The notes under the pieces were generated by a model. That model made no database searches. It worked only from the letters and a program-made list of their open reading frames with translations, and was not told the DNA's origin. From NCBI GenBank assembly GCA_029881035.1, contig JAOUNI010000001.1, forward strand, positions 28,924 through 92,923: a stretch of 64,000 bases of DNA, written 5' to 3'. The DNA is from Gammaproteobacteria bacterium. Its GTDB lineage: Bacteria; Pseudomonadota; Gammaproteobacteria; SZUA-229. Within the stretch, counting starts at the first letter, position 1. Every line of letters begins with the position of its first letter. Position numbers and translations under genes: made by a program. Of the stretch, positions 52,281 through 61,961 are shown one piece after another.

Positions 52281-52565
52281 TTAATCGGTAGTCGTATTAG
52301 ATGTATTGATGATTGCCAGTACGGCGGCTGCAGCTTCTTCATCTTGTTCAGACCAGATGAATACTTCTACGGCTGAGGTGGTACCTTTGCGCTGATAATA
52401 TTTGAAATGATTGTCGTCGAGATTGCCGTATAACATGCATGGTTCCCGGCGGTGCAGCATTCGCAGGTACTGGCCGGGTTTGAGCTTTTCGGCAGCTTCA
52501 AGGGTCAATACCAATGGTTCCGGCGGTTCAAGTTCACTGACATCGAGCACGACCTCATTGGACAT
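52281..52565 (-). CDS. DUF2249 domain protein (TusA-like fold)
   Basis: 94 aa. LDVSELEPPEPLVLTLEAAEKLKPGQYLRMLHRREP matches the DUF2249 pattern. Stop overlaps the hemerythrin gene start. Confidence 0.6.
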   Translation of the reverse strand: MSNEVVLDVSELEPPEPLVLTLEAAEKLKPGQYLRMLHRREPCMLYGNLDDNHFKYYQRKGTTSAVEVFIWSEQDEEAAAAVLAIINTSNTTTD

Positions 52566-53005
52566 TATTGATTTTCCCAGTTCAGAAATGTTTTCTGTAA
52601 ATGAACATCTTCCTCGGATAGGTGCATGTCCATCATGTTATACAGAATCTGCTCTTCTTTCATATTGTGTTGTTGCATCAGCACTAACAGAGTATCGGCA
52701 ACGCCGAGGTAGTCATCGCTATGCTGACGTTCCAGAGCATCACGCATCTCAATAAATAGCACACGCATCTGGTCATGTTCCATGCGCATCATTTCTGTAG
52801 GCCCCATTTTCATGCCGGTAGTTTCTTCAAAAGCAGGGAATAATTCTGTTTCTTCGATACCAAGATGACGATCCATGGCGTGGATAAATTCATTGAAGGC
52901 CTGTGAGGCCGTGGTCCAGTCTTCGGCCGATACCGCAGCTTCAGCTTTGGCAAAAAGATAATCGCAATCTTTGTGATCCTGTGACATAAATTGTTTAATA
53001 TTCAT
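52565..53005 (-). CDS. Hemerythrin-like (HHE cation-binding) domain protein
   Basis: H-x3-D...H-x3-E...H...H-x3-E spacing (DHKDCDY, HLGIEETELFP, MEHDQM, HNMKEEQ). Confidence 0.75.
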   Translation of the reverse strand: MNIKQFMSQDHKDCDYLFAKAEAAVSAEDWTTASQAFNEFIHAMDRHLGIEETELFPAFEETTGMKMGPTEMMRMEHDQMRVLFIEMRDALERQHSDDYLGVADTLLVLMQQHNMKEEQILYNMMDMHLSEEDVHLQKTFLNWENQ

Positions 53006-53203
53006 TTCAGTATGCTCTGTGGTTAAACAGTGAGATCATAACGTTATGTGGCTGTGCATCTAATGATCTACGTCAGAAGAATAGAGTAGAGGTTGCGGCT
53101 AGATTTTCTGATCAGAGTTAGAGTGTAAGCTGGTTACTCTTTTAGTCGCAATAGAATGGCTTATAATGCCCCGGATACTCTTCAATAAAGGCTATGTAAT
53201 AAC

Positions 53204-54049
53204 ATGAAACTCATCTCTAATTTCCTACTATTTTTCCTTGTTACAGGTACGGGTATTTCGTCCGTTTATGCGGGTGATTCGGTTAGTCTTGATGTGCCGC
53301 CGGCTTCACTGGAAAAATGGTATAAACCGGCCAACAAGCGCCAGGTGTGGTTACATACCATGTTTGCACTACGCCGTGAAATGCAGGCTATTAGTGAATA
53401 TGCGGAACAGAAAGATAAGCCCGGTATGGAAAAATGGATAAGCCGCCTGGAAAAACATTACAGTAAAATCGCCGATATGGTGCCTGAGTGGAAAAAAGAA
53501 ATTAAACCCCGGTTGTTATCTGAATTAAAAATGTTTGCAGAAAAAGGTGATATGTATCGCGTGGCTAAAACACTAAAAATGATTCAGCGTACCTGTGATG
53601 ATTGCCATAGCAGTTACCAGCCGCTGGTGGTGGCCATGTATCGATCACCGCACTATGAAGATATCAAGGTCAAAGATATCAATGGCGCACTTGAGTCTTT
53701 TTCAGACAATATGGAGAATCTGTCTGACTCAGTTAATCGAATCCTGATCGCGCTCGACGATAATCATAAAACTACTGCCCTGCAGGCTAGTCAGAATCTT
53801 GTCAGCCAGTTACAGAATCTTGGTGAAAGTTGTAATCGTTGTCATAAAGATGATGAGTATCCGCGCGAACGCATCCTGGGCGAGGTAACTCAACAACGTT
53901 TTGCAAAACTTAAATCAGACATCAGTGCGGGCCGCGTGAAAGACAGTCAGGATCTGATGGGTGAAATTGCGGTGACTGTGTGCGCACGTTGCCACAATAC
54001 GCATCGTATTGTTAATGATCTACGTGACGCACTGTTGCTAGAAGAATAA
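53204..54049 (+). CDS. Periplasmic triheme c-type cytochrome
   Basis: Signal peptide plus three CXXCH motifs (CDDCH, CNRCH, CARCH) in a 281-aa, largely helical protein. Confidence 0.7.
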   Translation: MKLISNFLLFFLVTGTGISSVYAGDSVSLDVPPASLEKWYKPANKRQVWLHTMFALRREMQAISEYAEQKDKPGMEKWISRLEKHYSKIADMVPEWKKEIKPRLLSELKMFAEKGDMYRVAKTLKMIQRTCDDCHSSYQPLVVAMYRSPHYEDIKVKDINGALESFSDNMENLSDSVNRILIALDDNHKTTALQASQNLVSQLQNLGESCNRCHKDDEYPRERILGEVTQQRFAKLKSDISAGRVKDSQDLMGEIAVTVCARCHNTHRIVNDLRDALLLEE

Positions 54050-54078
54050 TAATTGGCCGATTGGTTAAAGCATAGTAA

Positions 54079-55056
54079 TTACTGAGCAAAAAAATTCATT
54101 TCCCACTGCCATGCTGTTTCGATAATGGTTTCCAGCTGGTCGAACTTGGGTGACCAGTTAAGTTCATCTCGGGCGAGTGTTGAGTCGGCGACTAAAACAG
54201 CAGGGTCACCAGCACGTCGATCAGTGATCACTACATTGAAATCTTTACCTGAAACTTTTTTGGAAGTATCGATAACCTGCTGTACAGAAAAGCCTTTGCC
54301 ATTGCCGAGATTGTAGCGAGCACTGCTTCCGGTTTTTTGCATTTTGGCTAGTGCCAGTGAGTGTGCTTCACATAGATCATTGATATGTACATAATCACGC
54401 ACACATGTTCCATCTTCGGTGGGGTAATCCTGGCCGAATATTTTGATGTCTGCACGCCGCCCGGAAGCGGCCTGTAAAATCAGCGGCACCAGATGAGATT
54501 CAGGATTATGGCGTTCGCCCAGCTCACCATCAGGATCAGCACCAGCAGCATTGAAATAACGTAAACAGGTTGATTTTAATCCGTAAGCCGTATCGTAATC
54601 TTCCAGCATATGTTCGACCATTAATTTGGTGCGGCCATATGGGTTGATCGGATTCTGTGGATGCGCTTCATTAATGGGTGTGTATTGTGGTTCGCCAAAG
54701 ATGGCGGCGGTGGAGGAAAAAATAAAATGCTTGATATCATATTTCACCATGGCATCAAGTAATACCTGAGTGTTGCATACGTTGTTGTGATAATACTTGC
54801 CAGGATTAATTACCGATTCACCAACTTCAATAAAAGCGGCAAAATGCATTACGGCATCAAATTTATGCTGATTAAATAATTGATTGAGTACATTGTTATC
54901 GCCGAGATCACCGATGACAAGCTCACCGTATTTGACAGCATCTTTATAACCGCAACTTAAGTTGTCTAGAGTAATAACTTCGTTATTGGACAGGGCGAGT
55001 TGTTTAACCATGTGTGAGCCGATATAACCGGCACCACCAACGACAAGAATTTTCAT
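54079..55056 (-). CDS. galE: UDP-glucose 4-epimerase
   Basis: MKILVVGGAGYIGSH Rossmann motif. YxxxK (YGRTKLM). Collinear with E. coli GalE. Confidence 0.92.
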   Translation of the reverse strand: MKILVVGGAGYIGSHMVKQLALSNNEVITLDNLSCGYKDAVKYGELVIGDLGDNNVLNQLFNQHKFDAVMHFAAFIEVGESVINPGKYYHNNVCNTQVLLDAMVKYDIKHFIFSSTAAIFGEPQYTPINEAHPQNPINPYGRTKLMVEHMLEDYDTAYGLKSTCLRYFNAAGADPDGELGERHNPESHLVPLILQAASGRRADIKIFGQDYPTEDGTCVRDYVHINDLCEAHSLALAKMQKTGSSARYNLGNGKGFSVQQVIDTSKKVSGKDFNVVITDRRAGDPAVLVADSTLARDELNWSPKFDQLETIIETAWQWEMNFFAQ

Positions 55057-55072
55057 ATTTCGATTTTTACCA

Positions 55073-55954
55073 CTAAAGAATTTCGACCAGTGTATCACCG
55101 CCGATTATTAATCTGGACAGTTTAATCTGCATGCCCTCGGCGGCGCAAATGCTTTTGGCTGGATTTCGTTTGTGTTTAAAGTGAGCGTCATTTTCTATCT
55201 GGATTTCATCAAGCTCCCCATCAGTACGGTCGGGGTCGTGATGAAACATCACCAGTGTTCCGACTTCAGCATCAATGGCCAGCTGTCGGACCTGAGAAAT
55301 TAATGAGTGCCCCCAGCCATGTTTGTGTGGCATATCATCTTCGGTATATTGTGCATCGTGAATTAATACATCAACACCGTGTAGAAAAGTAACCCAGTCA
55401 TCATAGGTAGTGTGAACTTTATAAGGAGGATCAAGTTCGTTGTCAGTGACATACGCACAGCTCATACCATCTTCTTCAAACCGGTAAGCGGTGCCTCCAC
55501 CCGGGTGATTGAGTGGTTTTTTTGTGATGTGAATATTCCTGTCTTTTAGAATGGACTCAACATTATCGAATATGCAGCTATTTTGAGAAGGCAGTTCTTC
55601 AAGTCTTACGGGAAAGTTAATGCCATCCATTTGTTCGAATAAAGTACCCGGTAATCTATCTCTGGAGTCAGTGCTGGTGAAAACATCAATTTGACGATCT
55701 GCCTGAAAAATAGGCTCGAAAAAAGGATAGCCCTGAATATGATCCCAGTGAACGTGAGAAAGAACGATATTGATGGGTGTTGTTTTGTTTAAAAGATGAC
55801 GCCCCAGTTTCTTCATGCCCGTGCCTGCATCAAGAACTACATCCTGCCCGTTATCCATTGCTAAATGTATGCAGGAGGTGTTGCCGCCATATTTGATTGT
55901 TGTTGGCCCGGGCGTTGGCGCCGAGCCGCGAACACCATAAAAGGTGATTATCAT
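55073..55954 (-). CDS. MBL-fold metallo-hydrolase
   Basis: HxHxDH motif (SHVHWDHIQG). Additional metal ligands (H...D...H). Confidence 0.8.
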   Translation of the reverse strand: MIITFYGVRGSAPTPGPTTIKYGGNTSCIHLAMDNGQDVVLDAGTGMKKLGRHLLNKTTPINIVLSHVHWDHIQGYPFFEPIFQADRQIDVFTSTDSRDRLPGTLFEQMDGINFPVRLEELPSQNSCIFDNVESILKDRNIHITKKPLNHPGGGTAYRFEEDGMSCAYVTDNELDPPYKVHTTYDDWVTFLHGVDVLIHDAQYTEDDMPHKHGWGHSLISQVRQLAIDAEVGTLVMFHHDPDRTDGELDEIQIENDAHFKHKRNPAKSICAAEGMQIKLSRLIIGGDTLVEIL

Positions 55955-56126
55955 TGTATGCTTATGAAGTTCCTATTTCAGATGAAGCCCAATTTAACTA
56001 GAACAGGCGGTGCTGTAAAGGCTAGATTTACAGAAGGGTAATTGCTAATCTAGTGAAAGCAAACGTGTTTCATATAGTGGGTACATGCTCATTAAACACA
56101 CGTATGTAACCAGGAGGGTGTTAAAT

Positions 56127-56465
56127 ATGATTCCGAAGTCAATCTATCAGTTATTACCTTATATCTATATTAGTTTAGGCATGCTCTGCTTGCTGATTGT
56201 GGAGTCGCGCCTGATCCTGTTTTCATCAGTTTTATTGATTGCTGCGGGTGGTCTGGTGTTATTGATGAGACACAATAATGCTGACGATTCAGTCGAGTCT
56301 GTAAATAGCGTTGATGATGATTCAGAGATCATATTGGATGAAAGTAGCCACCCTTTTGATCATGAGAGGCGCGTTGATGACGACAGAGGGTTCCCATTGC
56401 TGGATAATCGAGATGCGATGATAGCGTTTGATCGCAGAAAGAAGCAATCAGATAACAAAGATTGA
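56127..56465 (+). CDS. Hypothetical small membrane protein with acidic C-terminal tail
   Basis: Strong RBS AGGAGGG 8 nt upstream of ATG 56127. Two TM helices then a D/E-rich tail. No family recognised. Confidence 0.4.
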   Translation: MIPKSIYQLLPYIYISLGMLCLLIVESRLILFSSVLLIAAGGLVLLMRHNNADDSVESVNSVDDDSEIILDESSHPFDHERRVDDDRGFPLLDNRDAMIAFDRRKKQSDNKD

Positions 56466-56489
56466 TTCAGTAACATTGTAGATAGCGAT

Positions 56490-57320
56490 CTACAGCTGCC
56501 TTTGATTAAATTTTGATGGTAGATAGGCTGACCAGTCTCTGCTGTTATCACCAAAAACCAAAAAGAAAGGGTTGAGCAAGCTGTCTTTGGTATTGTAATC
56601 GAGTTCAGACATATCCAGTTTGGTCATATAGCCACCGGCCTGTTCAACAATACAGTGAGCTGCGGCGGTATCCCATTCAGAAGTAAAGCCTATTCTTGGA
56701 TACAGGTCTGCCTGTCCTTCTGCTATCAGGCAGAACTTGAGTGAGCTACCCATGTTGAGTAATTCAGCATTACCAAGATTCTTCATATAAGTCTGTAATT
56801 GCTCCGAGCTGTGGGAACGGCTGCTGACAACGATTAGTTTATCGCCAGCCTGTTTGCGTACCTGTATGGCTTTGGGCTCTTTGCCATGCTCAATTTTAAA
56901 AGAGCCACCATCCTTCCAGCCATAATAATCAATGTTTAAAACGGGTACATGGATAATACCAATAATGCTTTTATGGTTATTGATGAGTGCAATATTAACT
57001 GTGAACTCGCCATTACGTTTGATAAATTCTTTAGTGCCATCGAGGGGGTCAACCAGCCAATATGTTTGCCATTGTTGTCGTGCTTCAAAAGATGGTTTGA
57101 TAGATTCTTCTGACAGGACAGGGATATCAGGTGTTAAAGCGGCTAAGGCTTTGATAATGGTTCGGTGTGCGGCGATATCCGCATCGGTTAGTGGTGATTT
57201 ATCATCTTTTTCCTCGATAGCGTAGTCGCTGTTGTAAATTTCCAGTATTCTTGCACCGGCTTGCCGCGCAATTTCTATACATTGGTTACATAAGTATTCG
57301 AGATTGAGCGATTCTGACAT
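56490..57320 (-). CDS. cysQ: 3'(2'),5'-bisphosphate nucleotidase
   Basis: Inositol monophosphatase-family motifs (WLVDPLDGTKEF, WDTAAAHCIV). Confidence 0.85.
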   Translation of the reverse strand: MSESLNLEYLCNQCIEIARQAGARILEIYNSDYAIEEKDDKSPLTDADIAAHRTIIKALAALTPDIPVLSEESIKPSFEARQQWQTYWLVDPLDGTKEFIKRNGEFTVNIALINNHKSIIGIIHVPVLNIDYYGWKDGGSFKIEHGKEPKAIQVRKQAGDKLIVVSSRSHSSEQLQTYMKNLGNAELLNMGSSLKFCLIAEGQADLYPRIGFTSEWDTAAAHCIVEQAGGYMTKLDMSELDYNTKDSLLNPFFLVFGDNSRDWSAYLPSKFNQRQL

Positions 57321-57397
57321 GAGCGTGTTTTACTTGATAAACCTGGAAATTGCCATACTACTGTATTGTTGATTTTCTGTCTGTAATTGAGGTTTTT

Positions 57398-58060
57398 ATG
57401 AATAACTATCTGGTTTGGCAAGAGATCAAAACGGTCTTTCTGGATCTTGACGGTACTTTGCTGGATTTACATTTTGATAATCACTTTTGGCTTGAGTATG
57501 TGCCGGTCTGTTTTGCTGATAAACATGAACTAACACATGAGCAGGCGAATGATGCATTAATGAGTCGTTATAAAGACGCAAAGGGCAAACTGGACTGGTA
57601 CTGTGTTGATTTCTGGACACGAGAGTTAGGGCTGGATATTGAGCAGATGAAACATGAAGTTGCGCATAAAATTGCAGTGCGCCCGGAAGTTCGCGAATTT
57701 CTGCAGGCGATAAAAAATTCAGGTAAGCGAATCGTGCTAGTGACAAATGCGCATCCGGCCAGTCTGTCGCTGAAAATGAAAAAGACGGGATTAGATATGT
57801 ATTTTGATCGAATGATCAATGCACATGACCTTGGTCTGGCTAAAGAACATGATGGTTTCTGGAATTCGCTACATGAGATGGAGCCGTTCGAATCAGCGCA
57901 TACATTGCTGATTGATGACAACCTGGAAGTGCTGGAAAGTGCTGAGCATTATGGTATTAAATATTTACTGGCGATACTGCAGCCGGATAGTCAGGCTGAT
58001 GAAGTGGAAACTAAACACTTTCATGCAGTACATCGCTTTTCAGAGGTAATGCCACGCTAG
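57398..58060 (+). CDS. HAD-superfamily hydrolase (YrfG/GMP-IMP nucleotidase-like)
   Basis: HAD motif I FLDLDGTLLD. Motif III/IV (LIDDN). Confidence 0.75.
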   Translation: MNNYLVWQEIKTVFLDLDGTLLDLHFDNHFWLEYVPVCFADKHELTHEQANDALMSRYKDAKGKLDWYCVDFWTRELGLDIEQMKHEVAHKIAVRPEVREFLQAIKNSGKRIVLVTNAHPASLSLKMKKTGLDMYFDRMINAHDLGLAKEHDGFWNSLHEMEPFESAHTLLIDDNLEVLESAEHYGIKYLLAILQPDSQADEVETKHFHAVHRFSEVMPR

Positions 58061-58069
58061 CTTAACGAG

Positions 58070-58480
58070 TTAGATTTTAAATTGATCATCCCATTTTTTA
58101 TAGCGTTTTTTACAGTAAGCCAGTAAGTCTTCATAATTTGTGAAATATAAATCAAAACCATCTTCTGATGGGGCATCATATTCACAATAATCATTAGTGT
58201 GTTCGCGACAGATTTCCGGGCGCACACTATAGATCCCACAATCACCATTAATTTGCAGGTGTTGGCATTTACCACTGACTAATAAGGTCCAGCCATCATC
58301 ATCTTTATAGATACTAATGTTGTCGTGTGAAACCTGCCACAGTAGTTGTTGAAAATCTTCTTTTGATTTGGGTGCGTCAATATGTTGAGTGACATAGGTG
58401 CAGCATATTGAACCAGTACAAAAACTACATTTGTTTTCTGTGGTAACTTTTATTTTGTTCGAGTTATTTTTTTTGTTCAT
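58070..58480 (-). CDS. YkgJ/UPF0153 family CxxCxxCC zinc/iron-chelating domain protein
   Basis: CSFCTGSICC motif plus downstream Cys residues. Confidence 0.7.
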   Translation of the reverse strand: MNKKNNSNKIKVTTENKCSFCTGSICCTYVTQHIDAPKSKEDFQQLLWQVSHDNISIYKDDDGWTLLVSGKCQHLQINGDCGIYSVRPEICREHTNDYCEYDAPSEDGFDLYFTNYEDLLAYCKKRYKKWDDQFKI

Positions 58481-58511
58481 GGTAGATCTTATCTATTCAA
58501 ATGAGGTGCTT

Positions 58512-59282
58512 TTACATAAAGCCCAGTTGTTTCAGGTTACCATTATTTTTTATTATAAAACTACCGCTCCCCTGAGGCTTAGCAAATAAGCTCAGACTAT
58601 TTTTTAAATTACTAGTGGCCTTGTTATTTGGGGTCAAAGTTAAATCAAGACTATAGTTGCCGGTTGTTTTTAGAGCGGCTGAGCCAACTATAGCTAATTG
58701 GCCATTTTGATTGGAAATTTGAGCATTGATCGGGTTGTCTTCGGATTCAGACAGAGTAATGGTTATGTCGCCTAATTGTGCAGTTTCAGCAATAGTAATG
58801 CTGGCTTTATCCCAATTTATAATGCCACTGACAGAAGGGATACTGCCCTGTTGCCAGTCCAGTGTTGCCAGATTAATAGAGACATCACCAGCAACTTCAC
58901 CCATCGGTAGTGTTACCATTTGACTGAGAGCCTGTGCACTCATGGTAGTGGTAATATTTTTGCTCTGCACAATTTTATTCAGGCCTATGCTTATCTGGCC
59001 ACTGAGAGGATTTTTGTTGTACATGGTATCAAGTTCAACGCAGGCTTCTGCTATCAGTAAGTGAGCAATGCAGATAGACCATGATACATTTTTGAAAACG
59101 TATCTGGATTGTACGGTGACCTGCTGTGCAGAACCCTGCCAGAGCGTGCCGCTCACATTTTGAATGTTAATTTGTGGAATTTGGTTTTTAAATTTATTGA
59201 TCACCAGTGCGGCGGGTATATTGATAACTAAAAATAGAGTTAGCGCTAATATACCTATGATCAGATAGTATTTACTTTTCAT
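58512..59282 (-). CDS. gspN: Type II secretion system protein N
   Basis: N-terminal TM then a periplasmic domain of about 230 aa. Terminal position after gspM. Call mainly positional. Confidence 0.6.
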   Translation of the reverse strand: MKSKYYLIIGILALTLFLVINIPAALVINKFKNQIPQINIQNVSGTLWQGSAQQVTVQSRYVFKNVSWSICIAHLLIAEACVELDTMYNKNPLSGQISIGLNKIVQSKNITTTMSAQALSQMVTLPMGEVAGDVSINLATLDWQQGSIPSVSGIINWDKASITIAETAQLGDITITLSESEDNPINAQISNQNGQLAIVGSAALKTTGNYSLDLTLTPNNKATSNLKNSLSLFAKPQGSGSFIIKNNGNLKQLGFM

Positions 59283-59782
59283 TATATTTTTTCAAAAGAA
59301 AGGCGTGCGCTAATGGAGCCGGGCTGATCATTACGCTCAATATTGGCGGTAGTGACAGTCACTCCGTGTTGTTGTTCAAGAGTATTGAGCCATACTAGCA
59401 GCTGATCAAAAGAAGCTGAGTCAATTTTGACCTGTGCACCACTTTTTCCAGAGGACTCAATTTTATTGATATGTTGTTTCAAACCGGAGCTAGTCGCGCT
59501 GGTTTCAAGGATTAGTGTAATCGGCTGGTTGCTGGAAGTTTTTCTGATGCCAGAGCTTTTAAGTGACTTTGCTTCATTGGCGGCCGACTGCATCCAGGTG
59601 TAAATTTCCTGCTGGGATTTAAATTGCTGTTGTTGTAGGTCACGGCCTTGATGCACAGGTTCCCAGACAAGTAGATAAAGCAGAGTGATAAATACTAATA
59701 CTAAAGCGGTGATGAGCATGTTTCTATCACGACTGGGCAGATGGCTATACCAGATATTTAAAATGTCGAGTTGCTGTTTCAT
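59282..59782 (-). CDS. gspM: Type II secretion system protein M
   Basis: 166 aa bitopic protein. Lies between gspL and gspN. Start overlaps the gspL stop. Confidence 0.65.
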   Translation of the reverse strand: MKQQLDILNIWYSHLPSRDRNMLITALVLVFITLLYLLVWEPVHQGRDLQQQQFKSQQEIYTWMQSAANEAKSLKSSGIRKTSSNQPITLILETSATSSGLKQHINKIESSGKSGAQVKIDSASFDQLLVWLNTLEQQHGVTVTTANIERNDQPGSISARLSFEKI

Positions 59783-61023
59783 GATGGGTTGGTATGTTTA
59801 ATGCGAATATTGCCTTTAACACGATCTTTTTCTGAAGAGGATGAAACTATTTCAGCGCTCAGGGAGCTATTATTTAGTTTTTTATTCAGTTGTTCGATGT
59901 TCTGCAGGTTGGCACCAGTGACTTCAATGTCAATGGTGTTGTTACGATAATTGATTGCCTGAATGACTACGGATTTTTCACTGGATAATGCTGGGCTCGA
60001 ATCTGCAAGCAAAGTCATCATGCTGGTATTTGATCCGGCCTGACTCAGACCTTTTAGCTCGTCGAGTTTTTGTTCCATTTGAACTCGGGCGTTAACCACC
60101 CGGGTGCTTTCAGGAAAAGATTTTTTGTAGATATTGTCAATTTCAACTTGCAGTTTTTTGTTACTCGTCTCAAATCTTTGGTATTGCACGCTGGTAATAC
60201 CGATATTTAAACAGAACCATATTGCGGCCATTGAGGCTGCTAGTCGCCAACGCTGCCAGTTAACGTTGACTTTCTGTTTTGGTTTGTAGGTATGTTGTAA
60301 AAGATTAAGGGCTAGTGCGCGTTTGTACTGGCCACAAAAAATAACTAGAGGATGAGTGTTGTAGCTGACTTTGATTAGTTCAATTTGCTCAGGAATAATT
60401 GCGCTGATATCTTCGGTTGTTGAATTATCACCGTCCAGGGTGAAAAGAATAATTTTTTCGGGCTGTTTACGGTCAGCACGTTGTAGTTCAGTTTTAATCA
60501 ATAATGGTAGGGTTTCACGATCAAATTCAGCGGCATTAAAGTTATCAAATTGTAGTTTGGCGCGATCATCCTGTAATAACACAGCCCATTGTGATGAGTT
60601 TGCGGTCAGGCATAGCATATCTGGAATCAGGGCGACAGGTTTTATACCTGATGATTCTATAGTATTGAGAATGCGTTTTAATATATCGTGTTTAATGGCA
60701 GCAACTGGTGTCTGTCCGTCGCTGGATGTTTTGCCAGCGACAAAGTGTAGTTCATCTACATCGTCGGCAATTTTTTCTTCGAGAGCAAAAGGGATGGCAC
60801 GTAATAATTTTTGCGGATTCTTGATAGGTAGTTTGACCGAATCTAGATAAATAGCGGTACTGTCGAGTAGCACTATAGTTTTATGTTTATCAGCAATCGC
60901 AGCAGCATCACCGAGCGAGCCATGAGCCAGCATAGTGGTAAGTTCACCCGCGTTATTAACTAATGACCATGAGGCGCTATCAGCACATTCAGGATTGAAG
61001 TGTATGAGCAGTGTGTCAGCCAC
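59779..61023 (-). CDS. gspL: Type II secretion system protein L
   Basis: 414 aa. Cytoplasmic actin-like N-domain, TM, periplasmic C-domain. Position after gspK. Confidence 0.75.
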   Translation of the reverse strand: MADTLLIHFNPECADSASWSLVNNAGELTTMLAHGSLGDAAAIADKHKTIVLLDSTAIYLDSVKLPIKNPQKLLRAIPFALEEKIADDVDELHFVAGKTSSDGQTPVAAIKHDILKRILNTIESSGIKPVALIPDMLCLTANSSQWAVLLQDDRAKLQFDNFNAAEFDRETLPLLIKTELQRADRKQPEKIILFTLDGDNSTTEDISAIIPEQIELIKVSYNTHPLVIFCGQYKRALALNLLQHTYKPKQKVNVNWQRWRLAASMAAIWFCLNIGITSVQYQRFETSNKKLQVEIDNIYKKSFPESTRVVNARVQMEQKLDELKGLSQAGSNTSMMTLLADSSPALSSEKSVVIQAINYRNNTIDIEVTGANLQNIEQLNKKLNNSSLSAEIVSSSSEKDRVKGNIRIKHTNPS

Positions 61024-61961
61024 TAATAAGCTCCCTGTGAACGAGCTATCACCGTTGTCTCACCTTTGTCATCTCGATGAATGATGCTATACATCAAGGT
61101 ATTCGCCTGGCCAATATTGGCTTCGGTTTCCAGCAGAAAATAATCACTGCTAACAGAGAGTCCATTGGTGTTTGTTATAATTGCGGTGAGTGCGTTTATA
61201 GTTAGAAAATCATTCATTTTTTCATAAGGCGCATTCTGCCTGTTAGCAATAATATCTTTGGCTTTTGCATTGTCAATTCCAGCCGCCAGAGATTCTAGCA
61301 CTTCTGCAGGCGCTGTGTTGACGTTGATGGGGGCTGCAGGGCCGAAGGCGCAAAGCCAATTTTTACTTTGCTGGATGATGGCATCCTCTTCAAAACCTTT
61401 GATTAAACGTAGTTCACTAATACTTTTAATCGTCTGATTGGCGGTACGATAGGGTATTTCCTGATTAAGATAATAATTATCTTCAGCACCATCAGGGATG
61501 GTAGTGGTGAGATCTGTGTCAATCCAGTCAATAATTGCTTGTGAAAGGTCTGTGCCTGATGGAGTTGTCAGATGTTGCATCAAGCGCTTGAAGCGTTCCT
61601 GTGCCAGAACGTTCACCGCTCCACCCTGATAAAGGGAGTTCAGATTAAAGCAGGCCTGCAGGTCGGTTAATTTACCTTGTATGCTGCCACCTTCGACTGG
61701 CAGAGGTGGTATCTCTATGGCCCAGTCTTCATCAAGTGAATCGTAATTGTTATTAAGTCGATCATCTTTTAAAATTCTGCGCGACCAGTATTCTGCTTCC
61801 ATCATGTAGGATATGGACTGTTCACTGGCAATAACATTACTGGTGCGGCGTATATCCAGTTGCAAACGCATACTGAGCTCGACGCTGATTACAGTTGCTA
61901 ATGCAACGATCAACAGAGCGGTGATTAAAGCCACGCCTTTTTGTGAAGTTTTCAATAACAT
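61023..61961 (-). CDS. gspK: Type II secretion system minor pseudopilin K
   Basis: MLLKTSQKGVALITALLIVALATVISVE N-terminus typical of GspK. 312 aa. Confidence 0.8.
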   Translation of the reverse strand: MLLKTSQKGVALITALLIVALATVISVELSMRLQLDIRRTSNVIASEQSISYMMEAEYWSRRILKDDRLNNNYDSLDEDWAIEIPPLPVEGGSIQGKLTDLQACFNLNSLYQGGAVNVLAQERFKRLMQHLTTPSGTDLSQAIIDWIDTDLTTTIPDGAEDNYYLNQEIPYRTANQTIKSISELRLIKGFEEDAIIQQSKNWLCAFGPAAPINVNTAPAEVLESLAAGIDNAKAKDIIANRQNAPYEKMNDFLTINALTAIITNTNGLSVSSDYFLLETEANIGQANTLMYSIIHRDDKGETTVIARSQGAY

